DNA of 64,000 nucleotides from Leptogorgia sarmentosa (GCA_964658305.1 OZ210885.1:24614001-24678000); one strand, 5' to 3'. Numbered from the stretch's first letter, positions 13,040 through 27,158 are shown. Translations and numbers: made by a program. The notes: generated by a model not told the origin, from the sequence alone.

Positions 13040-13415
13040 CGAAATGCGGACTTTCACATTTCCTGATGACCTCAATGCATTGTATTCCTATTGGACTGTA
13101 ACTCCTTTTACCAACATATGGAAGTTTTACTCCTGCTTCGTCGAAAAATTTTAATTTTGATGGTCTTTAGAATTTAAATAATTAATAAATAGTTGGGTAT
13201 AAATAATATTATTAGGGGTGAAACGCTCCAAAGCCAAATTTGTGAGCTTTTTCCGAGTATAACGTTGGCCAGTGGGCACACAACCGGAACATAATGCTCG
13301 CAAGACTGCGGACAAATTAACTTGGCCATCTAGTAGACCACCATGTTGAGAAACTAATTCTGCAAGGGAGATGGATGGCTTTTCCACTTTAAGTGTCTCT
13401 ATACTCAAGATCGTC
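13040..13415 (-). pseudogene. IS630/Tc1-like transposase fragment
   Basis: IETLKVEKPSISLAEL..YTRKKLTNLALERFTPNN..YTQLFINYL, then after a frameshift FFDEAGVKLP (first catalytic D). Confidence 0.7.
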
Positions 13416-15430
13416 TTGAGTAAGTTTGTTATGACGTCACAGTACCAATTGCGATTTGGATAATATTGCGTCTGTTGCAGCGTTGCTCTTGTATTACATA
13501 TGACAACTCGGCATTTTGCTATCCGTTCACAAACCTTTTGATATTTTTTTTAATTGAAATGTCTGATTCGGAGACAAATGAAGATTTAAATGTCTTGCAA
13601 AATGATATCGAGGACGATCAACCATCCAATATCATCTTTAGTATAATCGGTCTGGCCCTCTGCTATTATTCTATCGATTATTCTCTGCTATTATGCTATT
13701 TGTTTCTAATACAAAACCTTTTTATATGTTTGTCGTCCGAACACACTTGTTTTTCAACAGCGTGACAGTGCGACCGCACCGTCCCAGTACCTTTTTCTCC
13801 CACCTCAACAGGGGGAGGGTGAATAAATAACAATGTAGATAATATCAACCTTCCAAAACACCATATTGCTATTATAGTATAATATGAAATTTCACAATTT
13901 ACCGCGCGTATTCCTCGTCTTCAAAATACGAAAAGGTTTAATTTGATTGGTACAAACGTAACGCTAATTTATTCAAACATGACATTTTCGTTACTAATAA
14001 TAACGTTTGCATGATCATAACGAACAATTTCACTGGTCAAACGTGTCTAACTACCCCCTGAAACATTACGTTTGAAACGTAAACAAAAACCCGAAATATT
14101 TTGCACGCTTCAAGCTTGAACGCAAATGGCAGTATAGTAGGAAAATAGTTTGAATATTTTTGTAAATATAAAATTTAATTAACAATGTCACTGTAGTTGC
14201 TTAAAACTATAACTAGGAATCCAAGGATAGTGCAAAGTTTCTATGTTTCTACGATACAAAGTTTCTACTCGATAGCTAAAGCTGATGTCGCTTGGCGGCC
14301 TGTTGTGATCTGAATTGCCGTTAAAATCATTCCATGCATGTAACATCAGCTCAAAGAAAAGCTTGATGTAATATAATAAAATAATTTAAAAGATTTTATA
14401 GCCAAAAAAAGATATGCATGTTCAAATTTTGCGTGCTCAACATTATTTTGTTGAACCACTGACCTTCACATTATAATAATAAAACGGAGTGTAACAATGA
14501 ACGGGTGATTATACAGTACTCAACAAATGTCTACCTCTGCGTAGTAATGGAAATTCAGTCTATTCACAACTTTAGGCCAACGTTAGATTTACTTTTGTTT
14601 GCCACATATATAGTTAATTCTACTGCTGCGAAATTGAAGAATCCTTGAGCCGGCACTAATCATGTAAAACAATCTAGACAAGCAACCCAAGCTTACAGAA
14701 GCTGTCGACTATTTTCTATCAGTGTGATCATGAATCATGTCGTCTATTTAGTCGACTAAAATAGATTACAAGGCAATAGCGAGCAACTGGCTGAATTTGA
14801 TTGTAGTAAATTATTCTTTTACATTGGGAGTACATGAATGGGAGTATTTCAATAACAGCTAGGCCACGACTATGGCGAGAAACAAATGAAAACAAACATG
14901 TTCAAATAAATGCGTGAAGCGAATATATCGACCATTATATATCAATTGTATGAACTAAATAAGGTTTAAAATTATGGTTTTCTTGTTGCGACAAGTTTAC
15001 TGTGTGTGGTACTGCATTAAGTGTACCCTCAAGGCAAAGACGGCAAACTAAAAAATGTATGCAGATTTATAAATTATATCCGCGGTAGCAGTTGATAGTA
15101 TGGGCTATGGGTATTTTTGTTCATGACAACCCATACATGCATTTTCTAGATTCATCGCAGATATTCAAATAACATTTTAACTGCTTTGGCAACATGTTCA
15201 AACATTGTTGAAACCAACCTCGTACCCAGGCTCTTACCTCCGCTACCCGCCCCGCTTCAGAAAGACCCTGGTTCCGGCTGGTCACATGTCTCCCAGATTT
15301 TGGGAGATAACAAATAAAATTCATTAGGGTGGGGGTGACGGTAGCAATTTACAAACGCGCAATATGCAGATCGTATTTCTATAGATGGCATATAGATTTC
15401 TAGCCTCTAGGCGCTAAGTGAAAGGGATTA

Positions 15431-18400
15431 ATGTCCTCGAAAGGCACACCAAAAAAGGTATATACGACTAAACATGTGTCGATTGATCCTTCATCCTGTC
15501 GACTTTGTCGTGCTGTGGGTGACGCGAGTCATTGGAAGAATATCTTCAAACCTTCTAATCGACCATTGTTGATAATCGCCAAAGCTTTGTGCGGCGAAAA
15601 ACTGATAGAAGATGCCAGCTGTCCTCATCTTTTGTGCCGACCGTGTGAGAGAAGGCTTAAGAATACCACGCAGTTTCGAAATGTTATCGTTGAGACACAG
15701 AAGTCTTCGCGAGAGAGTCATTCCCGGGTTAAAAGATGCGTTGAAGTTTCCCCATCAGTGCCAATACCGCCAGCTAAAAAATCACCCGCACTGGGAGATA
15801 TCTCTTCCGTCAAAGGACGCTTGGCGTTTGATTTTACTGATTTAGTAAAAGAGTTACCAACAACTGGTAATACTACAGAGGTAAGGTAAATGCCATCTTC
15901 AAAAATAAAAATAAAACATAATTACTCTTTGTAAAACGCATATGTTGTTCCAATTCTCAGACAGACGATTCCTCGGCTTCGGGCTCGGGTTTTGCCCAAA
16001 CTACCATTGGAACCATGGCTTCAAAGGAACGCAATATTATAACCAAAGCCGACAAAGAACTGACGGAAATTACCAGAAGAGACGCGCCGTCCATTTTAAG
16101 GAACCGATCCTACCAAGGTATGAGCGAAAGGAATTGGATGACTGAAGTGACAAAGGAAATCAGTACGAGATGTCCTACCGTGGGCAAAATTCTCTCGACT
16201 CTGTTGGATTGCTCGTTAGAAAATCCTGGCAAAAAGCTACCACCGCTATGCTTAATTTATGGTATTATCATGTTTATGAGGTGTCATGAATTAAGTAGAA
16301 TCCAGAGAATTAACACTGTTCTTTTGACCGAAGGCCAAGCGTCAAAAAATGTAAGTTGTTAAAATAACTTTATTGTATCAGTATTAGAGTACATGAAAAG
16401 ATTGATTACATTGTTAACATTAACAGATCATTTAATCATTTCATCTCTTGCCTAAATATATTGTAATCTGTATAATCTGTATATTTCCTCCGCACTTAAC
16501 TGATGAATACACATATATTCATGATCAATCCATGACCATGTAATCGGCATTATAAATTGTCACCAAAAATATATGGTTGCCTGTTTCAAGTGCCTTTGAC
16601 ATAAAACAGTTTATTGCAGAAACAATTCAGTCAATGGAAAACATCTCATCATTGACCTCATTTTTAGAAACATATTTAAAGTCATGTTGAAATGCATTTT
16701 TTTCTAAAATTAGTTGATTGACCGCCTCAACAAGTATGGTTTCTGCCTGAGCCCTTCCAAAAAGTATGATGTCCTCGATGACATTGGCAAACAGTTCTTG
16801 GACCATGCTGTCGACCTAGTTAAGGCTGGGATGAGATTTGTGTATGTTGTTGACAACATCGATTGGGAGGAGAGAGTCCATGACATGAGAGAGAGCCATC
16901 AAAACAAAAGTGTGCATGCTGTTGCCACCAGCTTGGTGTTCAATCGAGTCTCAAGCAACCACTTACCTGATAATGGTCCACAGCAAAATGTGAAAACGTG
17001 TAATTTCCGTGAAATTGTGAGCCTGAGTGATGAAGAGATGAAAGCCATTAATATCCGTTATCGAATCCTAATTACCCAAATCATGTTCGAAAATTTCGCC
17101 CATTTTCAAGGTGGAAAGTCATATGTACCAAAACACACGTTTTGTGCAAATGCAGATATGGCTGCCTTGAAGTCCGACGTGATCACCCTACCTGTTCTCA
17201 TGAAAGATGAAAAACGTTATAGTGACTGTGTTGATGTTCTTGATCAGTTGGAGGATTGGACACATGAGATCTATTTCGCTAGTGGTGTATGCAAACGTCC
17301 ACAGCCACTTGAGAACGAAGCTACCTTACCCCAGCTAGAGGAGCAGCCCACTCGACCAGATCAACCAAGGTCCCACATGCCACCAGCTGCTTCCAGTGAT
17401 GACCCCTTAGAAGGAGTGAGAATCCCCTGCTTTGGTGATGAATTGACGAGGGTGAGATTTGCTGGAGCAAGAGATCTTCGTGCAGGCTGTCATACAGCCA
17501 AACAGAGGCTTGACCATTTGTATCCCTATCGCATTGTTGGTTGGCATACCAAGAGAAGTTTCTTGAAGGTACAGTATGGTATTAGTAAAGTGAATAGCAG
17601 TAGTCTTTATTCTGTCATCTGTCTATCAGCAATCTACATGTAAGACAAGAGTTACATGTACACTGTATCTATCACAAGATTAGCCAGCTGTGCACAGACC
17701 TATCTATACAATTTTGTATGTGTTAGTTTCTATCACAACGACAGTTTCTATCACCACATTCAGCTACATGGGTGAAAATATGGTTCATGTAATCAAAGAT
17801 TTGTCATTTAGGTAAATTTTATTTTCTTACAGTCAGTGTTCAAAAGGCTCTATGCCGGCACAGCAAGAGAACAAGGGACAATAAGGTATTTTCGAGAAGT
17901 TCTCAACAGACGAAATGTTACAATGGATGTCAAGCATTTTGAAGACTGTGAACAGCTTTTTTTAAGTGTTGGGGGATGCTATATCATCGAAGCTATGTTG
18001 GAGTTCTTTCAAATGGATGATGTTGATCAACGTCCCATGAAAAATTACCCCTTTGCTCCAAATAGTGCAACTGATGATGAGAAGGAATCCAAGTTTTTGG
18101 CCATTGTTGACAAGTTTATAAACATGTATGTACTTGGGTCACCAGCTCCTGAAGAAGATACTATGACAGATGGTGTTTGTAACTATTCTGTCAACTTGAT
18201 AAAATCCTTCATGATCATTCTAAATTGTAAAAATGCTGTAGCATCAGGTAATGGGGAGCATTTAGCAGTTATACAAAAACAAATGTTGCATTACTTCTTC
18301 AGTGTCCCTGGTTACAATGCATATGCAATTGAGATGCTTGTAACTATTATCCAGAATGAAGTCTTGTTATCACCTGCTGAGGCACATCAATGTAAATGGG

Positions 18401-18820
18401 CAGCAGTTGTAAACTGGAAAGGAGGTGACAACAAAAACATTGAAATAGATTTACTGCAGGAGAACAGAAATAGGGACATTAAACAAATGATCCATCAAAT
18501 GGGGGCAAACAAAACTGAGAAAGCCATCACAAGGATGAGTAAAGCAGCTGGAGGAGTGCGAAACATAGTTGATGTCTTTGAAGAAGAAGCATCGGTGAAG
18601 CAAAAGACAACAGCTCACTCCCACAAGACATCAACAGATGGTGAAAGAAAAGTTCAGATCTCCGCAGCTTAAGACCATTTATGTACCACCCAGGAAGATC
18701 CCATGAATCATTTGAAAGTATTTCTTCCAATCCATTACATGGTTTTAACGAAGAAAAATTTCTGACATGGTTAAAACGACACCAGAAAAACATGTCTATA
18801 TTCTTCTCAAAATCCAAATA
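15431..18820 (+). pseudogene. AcademH transposase, multi-exon (about 15431-15880, 15961-16350, 16714-17568, 17832-18820)
   Basis: N-terminal CRLC...LLCRPC finger; VVDNIDW; FGDELT; GWHTKRSFL; YAIEML; VNWKGG..NIEIDLLQENRN. GT-AG introns; frameshift near 18660. Confidence 0.85.
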
Positions 18821-19742
18821 ATTTTGTCAATTATTTGTTATATCATAAATAGTTAATGTTATTTAAAAATGTCACAGGAATCAGGTGTGTCATTTGATAT
18901 TGGACTATTGGTACTGCTACTCTGCCTTCAGTGTATTTTTAATGTGCTGTAACTTACATTAATTAATATGAGCCAACATTTCAAGAAGTGTCTACATTAA
19001 TAACTTTCTAAGTTATATAAAAAAACACTGAAATCAAAGATGCATTTCAATGTGGAATTTTAGTGGTGTTAGAATCTTTTGTAAATAGCTTTAGGTAAAA
19101 TGTTGCATTTGTATGACTTTTTCATTTAACACTGAACATAGCCAATTTTGGCATTTTAGTTATACTGTAATATTTAATTTTGCAAAATTTTGGAGCAAAA
19201 ACAATTATAACTCATCTTATTTTGTGAGTTCAAGTAGATAAAATTGAGTGATGAGTTTGAAAATTGAGTTTTTTCAGAAGCAATGCAAAATAATATGTAC
19301 TATTGAGGTTGTAGTTTGCATTAGGGTTTAAGGTTACGATTAGATTGATGTTAGGTCTGTGGTTCATGGTTGGGATTAAGGTTAGATTTGAAAAACATTA
19401 AAAAACATTTACTATATGCACACCCTCAGATGCAGTTTGGGACCTGTATGTTTATATGATTTTTGATAAATGATATTATTTGTGACTTAAAAACACACCC
19501 AAGTAAGTCTGAAATACAAATTGGAAATTTAAAATTAGTTTGGTGTTGAACAAAGTTAGCTTTTGAGCCAAACTTAATTTTGAAACTCAATAATCATTTA
19601 CAAACAATAAATACAAACTCAACAATTATCTCAAACAAACCTAATACAAGACTCATGCAATCACAAATGTTCTATATTGACTGTTTTTGTTGGGTCATCA
19701 TTTTTTAGATTATTTGTGTCATAGTTTTAGATATTACATGCC

Positions 19743-21272
19743 CTAGTTGCAACTGGAACACAAGCAATCTTGCTGACAAACATTACAGCACTTGTGCAAA
19801 GGAGAAATTGGGACAATGTACTTTTGTTCTGTGTCTAATGCAGTAAGTAGGAGACTTCTCAAACACTGGTCTTCACTTTTGCAAAATGTTCTCATTGCTT
19901 CTTGAACTCCAGGTCTACCTTTTGCAACATCATAGTTATTATAATATAGTGTTGCAGTTGATGGTAAGCCATCGCGTCCTGCCCGGCCTGTTTCCTGGAA
20001 ATACTCTTGAATTGTGTATGGTGGGGTAATGTGCACAATATGCCGAATATCCCTTATGTCGACACCCATTCCTAGTGCCACAGATGCAAAAACCACTCTG
20101 ATTGTACTCTTTTTAGAGGACAACTGCTTTAGTACCTCTTCTTTCATTTGCTTTGTTTGTGGTGAGTGGAACTGTGCAAAAGGTCAGTTTTCTGGTGTTT
20201 CTGAAGAACCCTGTGGGTAGTACTGGTTCCCTTCCAAAACAAAGTCAAATAGTCGGTAGGCAAACCCACACCATCTTAATGGTACATAAATAATGGTCAA
20301 AGGGTAACTGACTTGGTCCTTCAATAACTCTTGAGCAATCGTTGTTAAAATATTTGTGATAGCATCAATATCTTCTCCAGTTCTTAGATGCTTCTGGTAC
20401 ATGATGTTAACACGGTCAGGGTTACCAACAAGTTCAAAACATTTTTTCAATCCCAAAGATTCTTTGATACATTTTCTGTCATGTTTATTTGCTGTGGCAG
20501 TCATGGCAAGCACTGCCACATTGGAGAATGTTGCACACAAGACAGATAAATTTCCATATTCGATTCTGAAATCTTTACCCCTAAACAAATTGTGACAAAC
20601 ACACAAATGTTATATAAAAATGACATAACATGAATCTGATACATTAAAAATTACGAAGTTATTTTTCTACAAAGTCTTTTTATCTACTTACCACTCCAGA
20701 ATGCAATGAGCTTCATCCACAACAATTGCACTGACATTATCCTGATAAGGTTTGCTTTGTATCAGTTTCCTTCCGTATGTACTCGATACCAGCGATTCTG
20801 GATGAGCGAATACAATGTTGTAGTACCCACATTCAAGCTTTGTCTTGTCGCTAAGATGGAGATCACAGACAAGCCGTTCGACACCGTCTGTTTCCAACTC
20901 GTCTGTATCTGCTTTTTTGGCATCAATGACAGACGCTTTGATCCCACATGAATTTAATCGGGATATCTGGTCATTTATCAGCGCATTGAGGGGCGACACA
21001 ACAATAATTATACACGATACAGCGACAGATTTCTCATCCCTTGGGCTTGATTTTAAAAGAGAGGTTCCATTCTTCTTTGCGAACAGCAGTGCAGGAACCA
21101 AGTGGAAAATCAAAGATTTCCCATATCCCGTTGGTAAAACCGCGAGAACATCGTAGTCTAAATAGACCTTTTCCAAGCAGATAAACTGTTTAGGTTTTAA
21201 AAGTATATCTTCGTACGAGCTGGTCAATATAGCGAACTGTAAACACGAAAGAAAAGTTACGCACTTCGACAT
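19743..21272 (-). pseudogene. RecQ-like SF2 helicase of AcademH (one intron about 20582-20690, one in-frame stop at 20184)
   Basis: LPTGYGKSL; VVSPLNALINDQ; VDEAHC; MTATA; ASVALGMGVD; YFQETGRAGRDG; C-terminal CLR..CCNVC. Confidence 0.92.
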
Positions 21273-21601
21273 TCGAAAACCAATATGGCTGCGTAGCATG
21301 GCAATTGGTTTGGCATTTGCCTACCCCTCCCTAGGTATAGAAATTTTGTCACGCTCACGTGACCAGCCGGAACCAGGGTCTTTCCGAAGCGGGGCGGGTA
21401 GCGGAGGTAAGAGCCTGGGTACGAGGTTGTGTTGAAACTTGGCCACATTACTGATTCAATGTCGCACTCCTTAGCGTCCGCCATATTGTATTACGCAAAG
21501 ATTTCATCCCACGAACATGTGCTGAGTTGCTATTTTCGCAAATATCCAAACGATGTGAAGATATCGGCAGACCGGGCGAGACGCGACGCACCGTCCGACA
21601 T

Positions 21602-22296
21602 TTCTGGTTGGTCGAGGCTTTGCAGCTTTCTGAGTAGGTTTTTCTGTCCGGATTTACTCGGCGACTCACTGGTGGAAGGCCCTGCAGTAGTTTTGTTGAC
21701 ACACACATCGGTCAACATTTGTTTTAATGCTCCAATGTCCAGCTTTTTTTAAAGTTTTTCCCCAGCTCGCAGGTGTCTATGAGACGTCCTGCATAGGCGG
21801 GTGGGTCGCCAAGTAGCTCTTGGGCCACTAGAAAGTGTATGGCAGTTGAATACATGGCACCACCAATTCGAAACATCTGTTTCATAGTTTTGGTGACATT
21901 GCTGTCGTCATCATAGAGGTTTGAGAAAACTGACAATGTCACTATCACTTGCAGTAGTATCAGAACCTTTCTTGTTAAGTCTGCTTAAGGCATCTATGAA
22001 GGGTTGCATACTGTCAATTGCTGTCTTCAGGTTGTTCTTTTTCAGCACTGGCATGTCGGTGGTGTTTAAGAAATTTAAGTTTTCTACCACAGTCTCTGCA
22101 AATTCCGACATGGCCACGCCTGGTCGCAGCAGCCACTCACACAAGGTGTGGTTTGCCCTGCGATGAATGGTTTGTGGGTCTGGTGGAGCGCTGGCCAACC
22201 CATACGGTCGCAGGAAGTTGGACGGAAAATGGAAGAAGTAGCCCACAGCTTTGCCTTTTCTGGCGAGCCAAACCCCTGTTTCTTCTGCTGACTCAT
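21602..22296 (-). pseudogene. Orphan ORF (frameshifted) downstream of and co-oriented with the PIF1 helicase
   Basis: Overlapping ORFs 22084-22296, 21911-22246, 21724-21948 and 21530-21718 join into one protein-like sequence (FFHFPSNFLRPYG..CEWLLRPGVAMSEFAETV..MFRIGGAMY). I recognise no domain. Confidence 0.6.
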
Positions 22297-22400
22297 CTAT
22301 AAAGAATGTGTGATTTTCAAGTAAGATTTAACATAGATATTTAATTGTATTTACGGCAGCTGTAATCACATAACTTCTTATAATATTGTTATAGGAATAT

Positions 22401-25400
22401 CAAGGCCGTCGGAAGTGGGGGGGGGGGGGGCTGGGGGGGCTTGAGCCCCCCAATAATTTTTACATGTACAAAACAAAACACTCAGACTAGAAAAAATGCG
22501 AACCTAATTTAGATTTATTCAAGACTCACTGAAATTAATGAAAGAACCTAGGCTTGCACTCAGTACACGTCATGCACACATACTACAAGCTCTCTCTGAT
22601 TCGCACTAATCCGAAACAACCCCTTCTATCCAGCTTGAAAACCTCTTCGACTCGTCTCCAAACTTCTAATTGTTATGCATGCATGCGCTTTTCGCTCATT
22701 TAATTTAAATTCGAAAAGTTTAAACCATCATGCCGCCTTCGCAAACGAGAATTACGAAGTGGTTTACAAACACGTCAAATACTTCAAAGACTGTTACAGA
22801 AAGGTTTGTAAAGACATGTTTTACTATTTTGAATTTTAATCAATTAAAACTCACTTGGAAATTATCAGATCACATGGCTGTTACATAAATATTTTAATAT
22901 CAAACATGCAAATATATTCTATTTATTTGCATATCTTCATATTTGTCATCATACTGTCATGTAACGTTTATAACATGTTTATGTATATCGTATATAGCGA
23001 AATCAAACAATGTTGCTACAGTATTAATTAGTAAGTGATAATATACATGTATACAGTATACTGCAATTATGCATGTATTAAAAGATAAGATTAATTATGA
23101 AACAGCAAAACAGAAGACTTGGTAGCTAATATATGTCTTTGGCAAAGTCTTGTCTTGAGTTCTCTGGGTAAATTTTTTTAGCAAAATATCTGAATCAGAA
23201 TTAGTGGATGAAGCGATCGTGGACGAAGATGATTTGGTGACAGCAAGAGCGACACAAAGGGTCCCGGAAATGACAGATCAGAGCATTTCCCCAACTGAAT
23301 CAACCTCATTGAAGAGGTTGGTAAACCAAGAAGAGAGCAGAATGGGACATTTTCAATTACTGACTGAACCAAATCAGCCGAAGAATTTCAAGTTCCCTTC
23401 TCGAGTATTTGGAAACCAAAAGCTCAACAGGTCGTTTCAACCAAGCTGGTTTGAGTCTTACAAATGGTTGCACTATGACGTAGCATCAGATTCCGCTTTT
23501 TGCTTTACTTGTATTAAAGCAATTCAATTCAACATGATCTCGTCCACAAAAGGGGAAACAGCTTTTACAAAAACAGGCTTTCGTTGCTGGAAGAAAGCCA
23601 TATAAAAAAATAGCGGGTTTCTGAAACACGAGGCTTCAGATTTCCACAAAGAAGCAGTAGATAGGTGGAACAAGATCCCTGCATCTGTGAAAGGAGATAT
23701 AGGAGAACAGATTTCTTCTCAGCATGCCATGGAAAAGTTTAACAGCCGCCAAATTTTACTAAAAACTCTCCGAAATGTGCGGTATCTAGGTATGGAATAT
23801 TATCTTCTACTATATTAACATGATGCATTGTTATCCTGGCATACCCATGTATGCCCTTTAAAACACGTTTTATGCTATAAACCTTCTTTGAAAACCTTTA
23901 AATATAAACCTTTATTATCAAATTGATTACTCAATAGGACGCCAATCTCTGCCTTTACGAGGTAATTGGGACACAGAAGAAAAATGTGAAGCTAACTCAA
24001 ATTATTACCAGCTAATCAAACTAAGATGCGATGAAGACCCATCAATAACAGCGTGGTTACAAAGGAAGTCAAACAAGTATACATCTGTGGATATCCAAAA
24101 TGAAATACTTGAGGTTTGTCATTCAATGAGGCTTATTATTAGATATAATGTAATCAACTGCACATACACATGCTAAAGTTAAATTTGAATAACCTAGTAA
24201 GTTTTAAGCAATTATGACCCCAGGGCCCTCTCAAACATGCAGTGGTGGCTTTAAATTTGAAGAAATGCAAAGCCATGGTAAACAATTATTGTTGTCATAG
24301 TTGTCACAGTTCCGAAAATCTCAAATGTGGTAGTAACAACGTTTTGTAATGAAACTGATGTACATTTGCATGTACTGCAAATAGATGTACACTTGTAAGT
24401 TGTAATGCAAATAGATGGACGGAAACCAATCATCCACTGGAGTGAAAGTTAATTGCTTCCATTTTCAGATTATGGCTTTACGGATATTACGAGAAATAGC
24501 AGGAAATATTAAAAATGCATTGATATATACAATAATGGCAGATGAAACCGCTGACGTATCTAATAAGGAGCAGCTGGTAATTTATATTAGGTGGGTTGAT
24601 GATGACCTGGTTATCCATGAAGACTTCAATGGTATGCACCCATTGAAGAATACGACTTCCGATCATATTGTCTCCATTATTAAGGTAAGGCACGGGTAAA
24701 GTCGTCGTATTGTTATATAGCTATTTTATTATTTATAATGTTTCCTGTACTTTCTGAAAATTTGTTGTTACGTTATGCGTTATTTTATATATATATATAT
24801 ATATATATTTGCTATTCTGTATGCTACCTTAAATTGTCTTTCACAGGATGTGCTATTAAGAATGAATTTAAAGATAGAAAACGCACGTGGTCAGTGTTAT
24901 GATGGAGCAGCAACAATAGCTACACAAATTAAAACGATAAATGGCAAATGTCTTTACACCCACTGCTATGGACACGCGTTAAATTTAGCTGTTGCTGATT
25001 CAATCAAGTCAATTGACTGTTTAAAAAGCACTTTCGAAATCGGGCATGAAATCTGCAAGTTGATTAAAAAATCACCTAAATGAAGCACAAAGTTAGATGA
25101 TATTAGAAAGGACATGAAAAATGATTCCAAGGGTGTTCATGCGTTGTGCTCGACACGATGGACAGTTCGTGGTGAATCTCTTGAATCTATTTTGAACAAT
25201 TATGATGAACTAATGGAACTATGGGACTGGTCACTCAAAAACCTACACGACACTCAAATGAAAGCAAGGATTGGAGGTGTCAAAGCAGCAATGCCAAAAT
25301 TCGACTATCTTTACTCCTCTCTACTGGCAATAATGTTTCTAAAGCAAACAGATAACTTGAGCAGAACACTTCAGAACCCCAAGATATCAGCAGCGGAAGG

Positions 25401-26462
25401 TAATGAAATAGCCCAGGATGTCATCAAATGTATATCAAAAGATCGCAATGACGAATCATTCAACTTGTTCTGGGAATATACCTTAAAAAAGAAAGACCTG
25501 CTTCACATTGATAGCCCCGAACTTCTGCGAAAACGAAGAGTACCCAAAAGATACGACAATGGCAACAGTGATGACCACTTCTAAAGCCAACAGCAGAGTC
25601 AATGAATTATGAGTTACAAAAATTCACAGTTCACGATTTGATAAAGTTTTTGCAGGGCCTTAGTCATTCCAGAAAAATAGCGATGTCCGAAATTATCAAA
25701 GCGGCGAAGGATCCTCCTTGTATTGCCAGCCACTAATGCGTCCAGCGAAAGATCATTCTCAGCATTGAAACGAGTTAAGACTTATTTGAGATCAAGCACA
25801 ACTGACCATCGACTGAATCATCTCCTTCATGTCCACCAAGACAAAGTGGATGATATGAATATAATAGGTGTTGCTAATGACTTCGTTGAGAGAAATGACA
25901 GGAGAAAACAGATTTTTGGCCATCTTTCTCTCATAAGAGCACGCAGACAGACTAAATGCATGGTAGAACATCTAATATAAGTTAGCTATCCAGACAAAAT
26001 GTACTACTCGCTGTAGTTCAGTACACTTTGAACGAATAAATTACACTTCTATTTGTTCCCATCATATACTATTGCAAGTCTATTGCATCTCATATCAACA
26101 GAAATCAAATAGAAGGAAAGTTTGCAGATTGTAGTTTTTTTATGTTATAATTCATTACGTAAATAGCTGCTATAAAAATGTAATTTATAAAGATAAAATT
26201 CATATATCATAATCTCATACTAATTCAACTATTTGGTTTGGGTAAAGGTTTAGGTCTAATGCGACTAGTTCTGTCTTAGTTGATGTTCTTTGTAATCTTC
26301 AGAATTCTGACAAATGTACGGAAATCATAATCTCGGGGGTTCTACATTTCAAAATTTTCTACGGGGGGTATACCCCCTAGCAGCGCGAATGCCTTCGGCA
26401 TTCGCCTAGTGCTGAGGCTTCTGGCGAGCCCCCCCAATGTATATTTGCTTCCGACGGCCTTG
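22401..26462 (+). mobile_element. Complete-ended hAT transposon (ZMYM1-like transposase pseudogene)
   Basis: TIR CAAGGCCGTCGGAAG / CTTCCGACGGCCTTG; perfect 8-bp TSD AGGAATAT (22393-22400, 26463-26470). Confidence 0.95.
23180..25980 (+). pseudogene. hAT transposase, multi-exon, disrupted
   Basis: WLHYDVASDSAFCFTC; IMADETADVSNKEQL; QCYDGA; HCYGHALNL; STRWTVR; PATNASSERSFS. Stops at 23603 and 25081 plus a deletion. Confidence 0.92.
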
Positions 26463-26579
26463 AGGAATATATGTTGTTCACATGGGTGTTTGAAATGGCA
26501 TATTCTGACCAAATGGAACATTAGAACCTCAAAGACTGATTCTGGCATTTGAACACAACTTGCACTGTAATCAGACTTA

Positions 26580-27158
26580 TTACAATGGCATGACGTGTTT
26601 GAAATAGCCTGGTTTTAATGGTGTTAGGAAAAGCAAATCACCGAATTTTCTCACTCTGGATAAGGCGACATATATCCAATGCCTTTTGGAATGTTGTCAA
26701 TGTCAAACCACAAAATAGCTCTGGCTTGGGTTTGACCTTGTGTTTTAGACATTGTTGTTGCATAGCCACCAACTCGAAATGGATAACATGTTTTTTGTGC
26801 TGTGGGTGTGTGAACAGTGACTGGGTAGGTTGCTACTAATATGTTACCGGGCAGTTTCAATATAATAGTGGAATTCTGACGCATTTCCACTGTTGCAATT
26901 TGGCCATTGACGACATTGTTAGTTTTGTCTCGGTTCTTGGTTATCATCACTCTCATGCCTTCCGTTTCACTGTCGAGTTGACAAAGGGCAATTGGGGTAT
27001 CGTTTGCAAAAACACTGTATGAAATAAGATCATTGAAATAATTTGCTGCGTTGTTAGTGAAAGTTAAAATGGTAGTCAGTGGGTTCTGTTCAAATGCCTG
27101 AATCAATCTTTGAGGTTCTAATGTACCATCTGGGCAAAGTACCCGCCCTTCTTGCAAT
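26580..27158 (-). pseudogene. PIF1-family (SF1B) helicase, C-terminal part
   Basis: GMRVMITKNRDK..VVNGQ; YATTMSKTQGQT; after a frameshift YVALSRV. Confidence 0.85.

Larger units (their letters stand above)
15215..21429. mobile_element. Full-length AcademH DNA transposon (transposase plus RecQ-type helicase)
   Basis: About 73-bp TIRs CAACCTCGTACCCAGGCTCTTACCTCCGCTACCCGCCCCGCTTC...; perfect 9-bp TSD TGTTGAAAC (15206-15214, 21430-21438); two convergent genes. Confidence 0.92.

Noticed and set aside
12678..13040. Coiled-coil ORF as a LINE ORF1 or host gene
   Set aside because: Short, has an internal stop, no diagnostic motif and no adjacent RT; left unassigned.
13430..15200. Possible element or gene start (including MADAKEC.. 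at 21484 read across the AcademH site)
   Set aside because: Rejoining the flanks gives an early stop, and I found no paired TIRs, TSD or protein motif.
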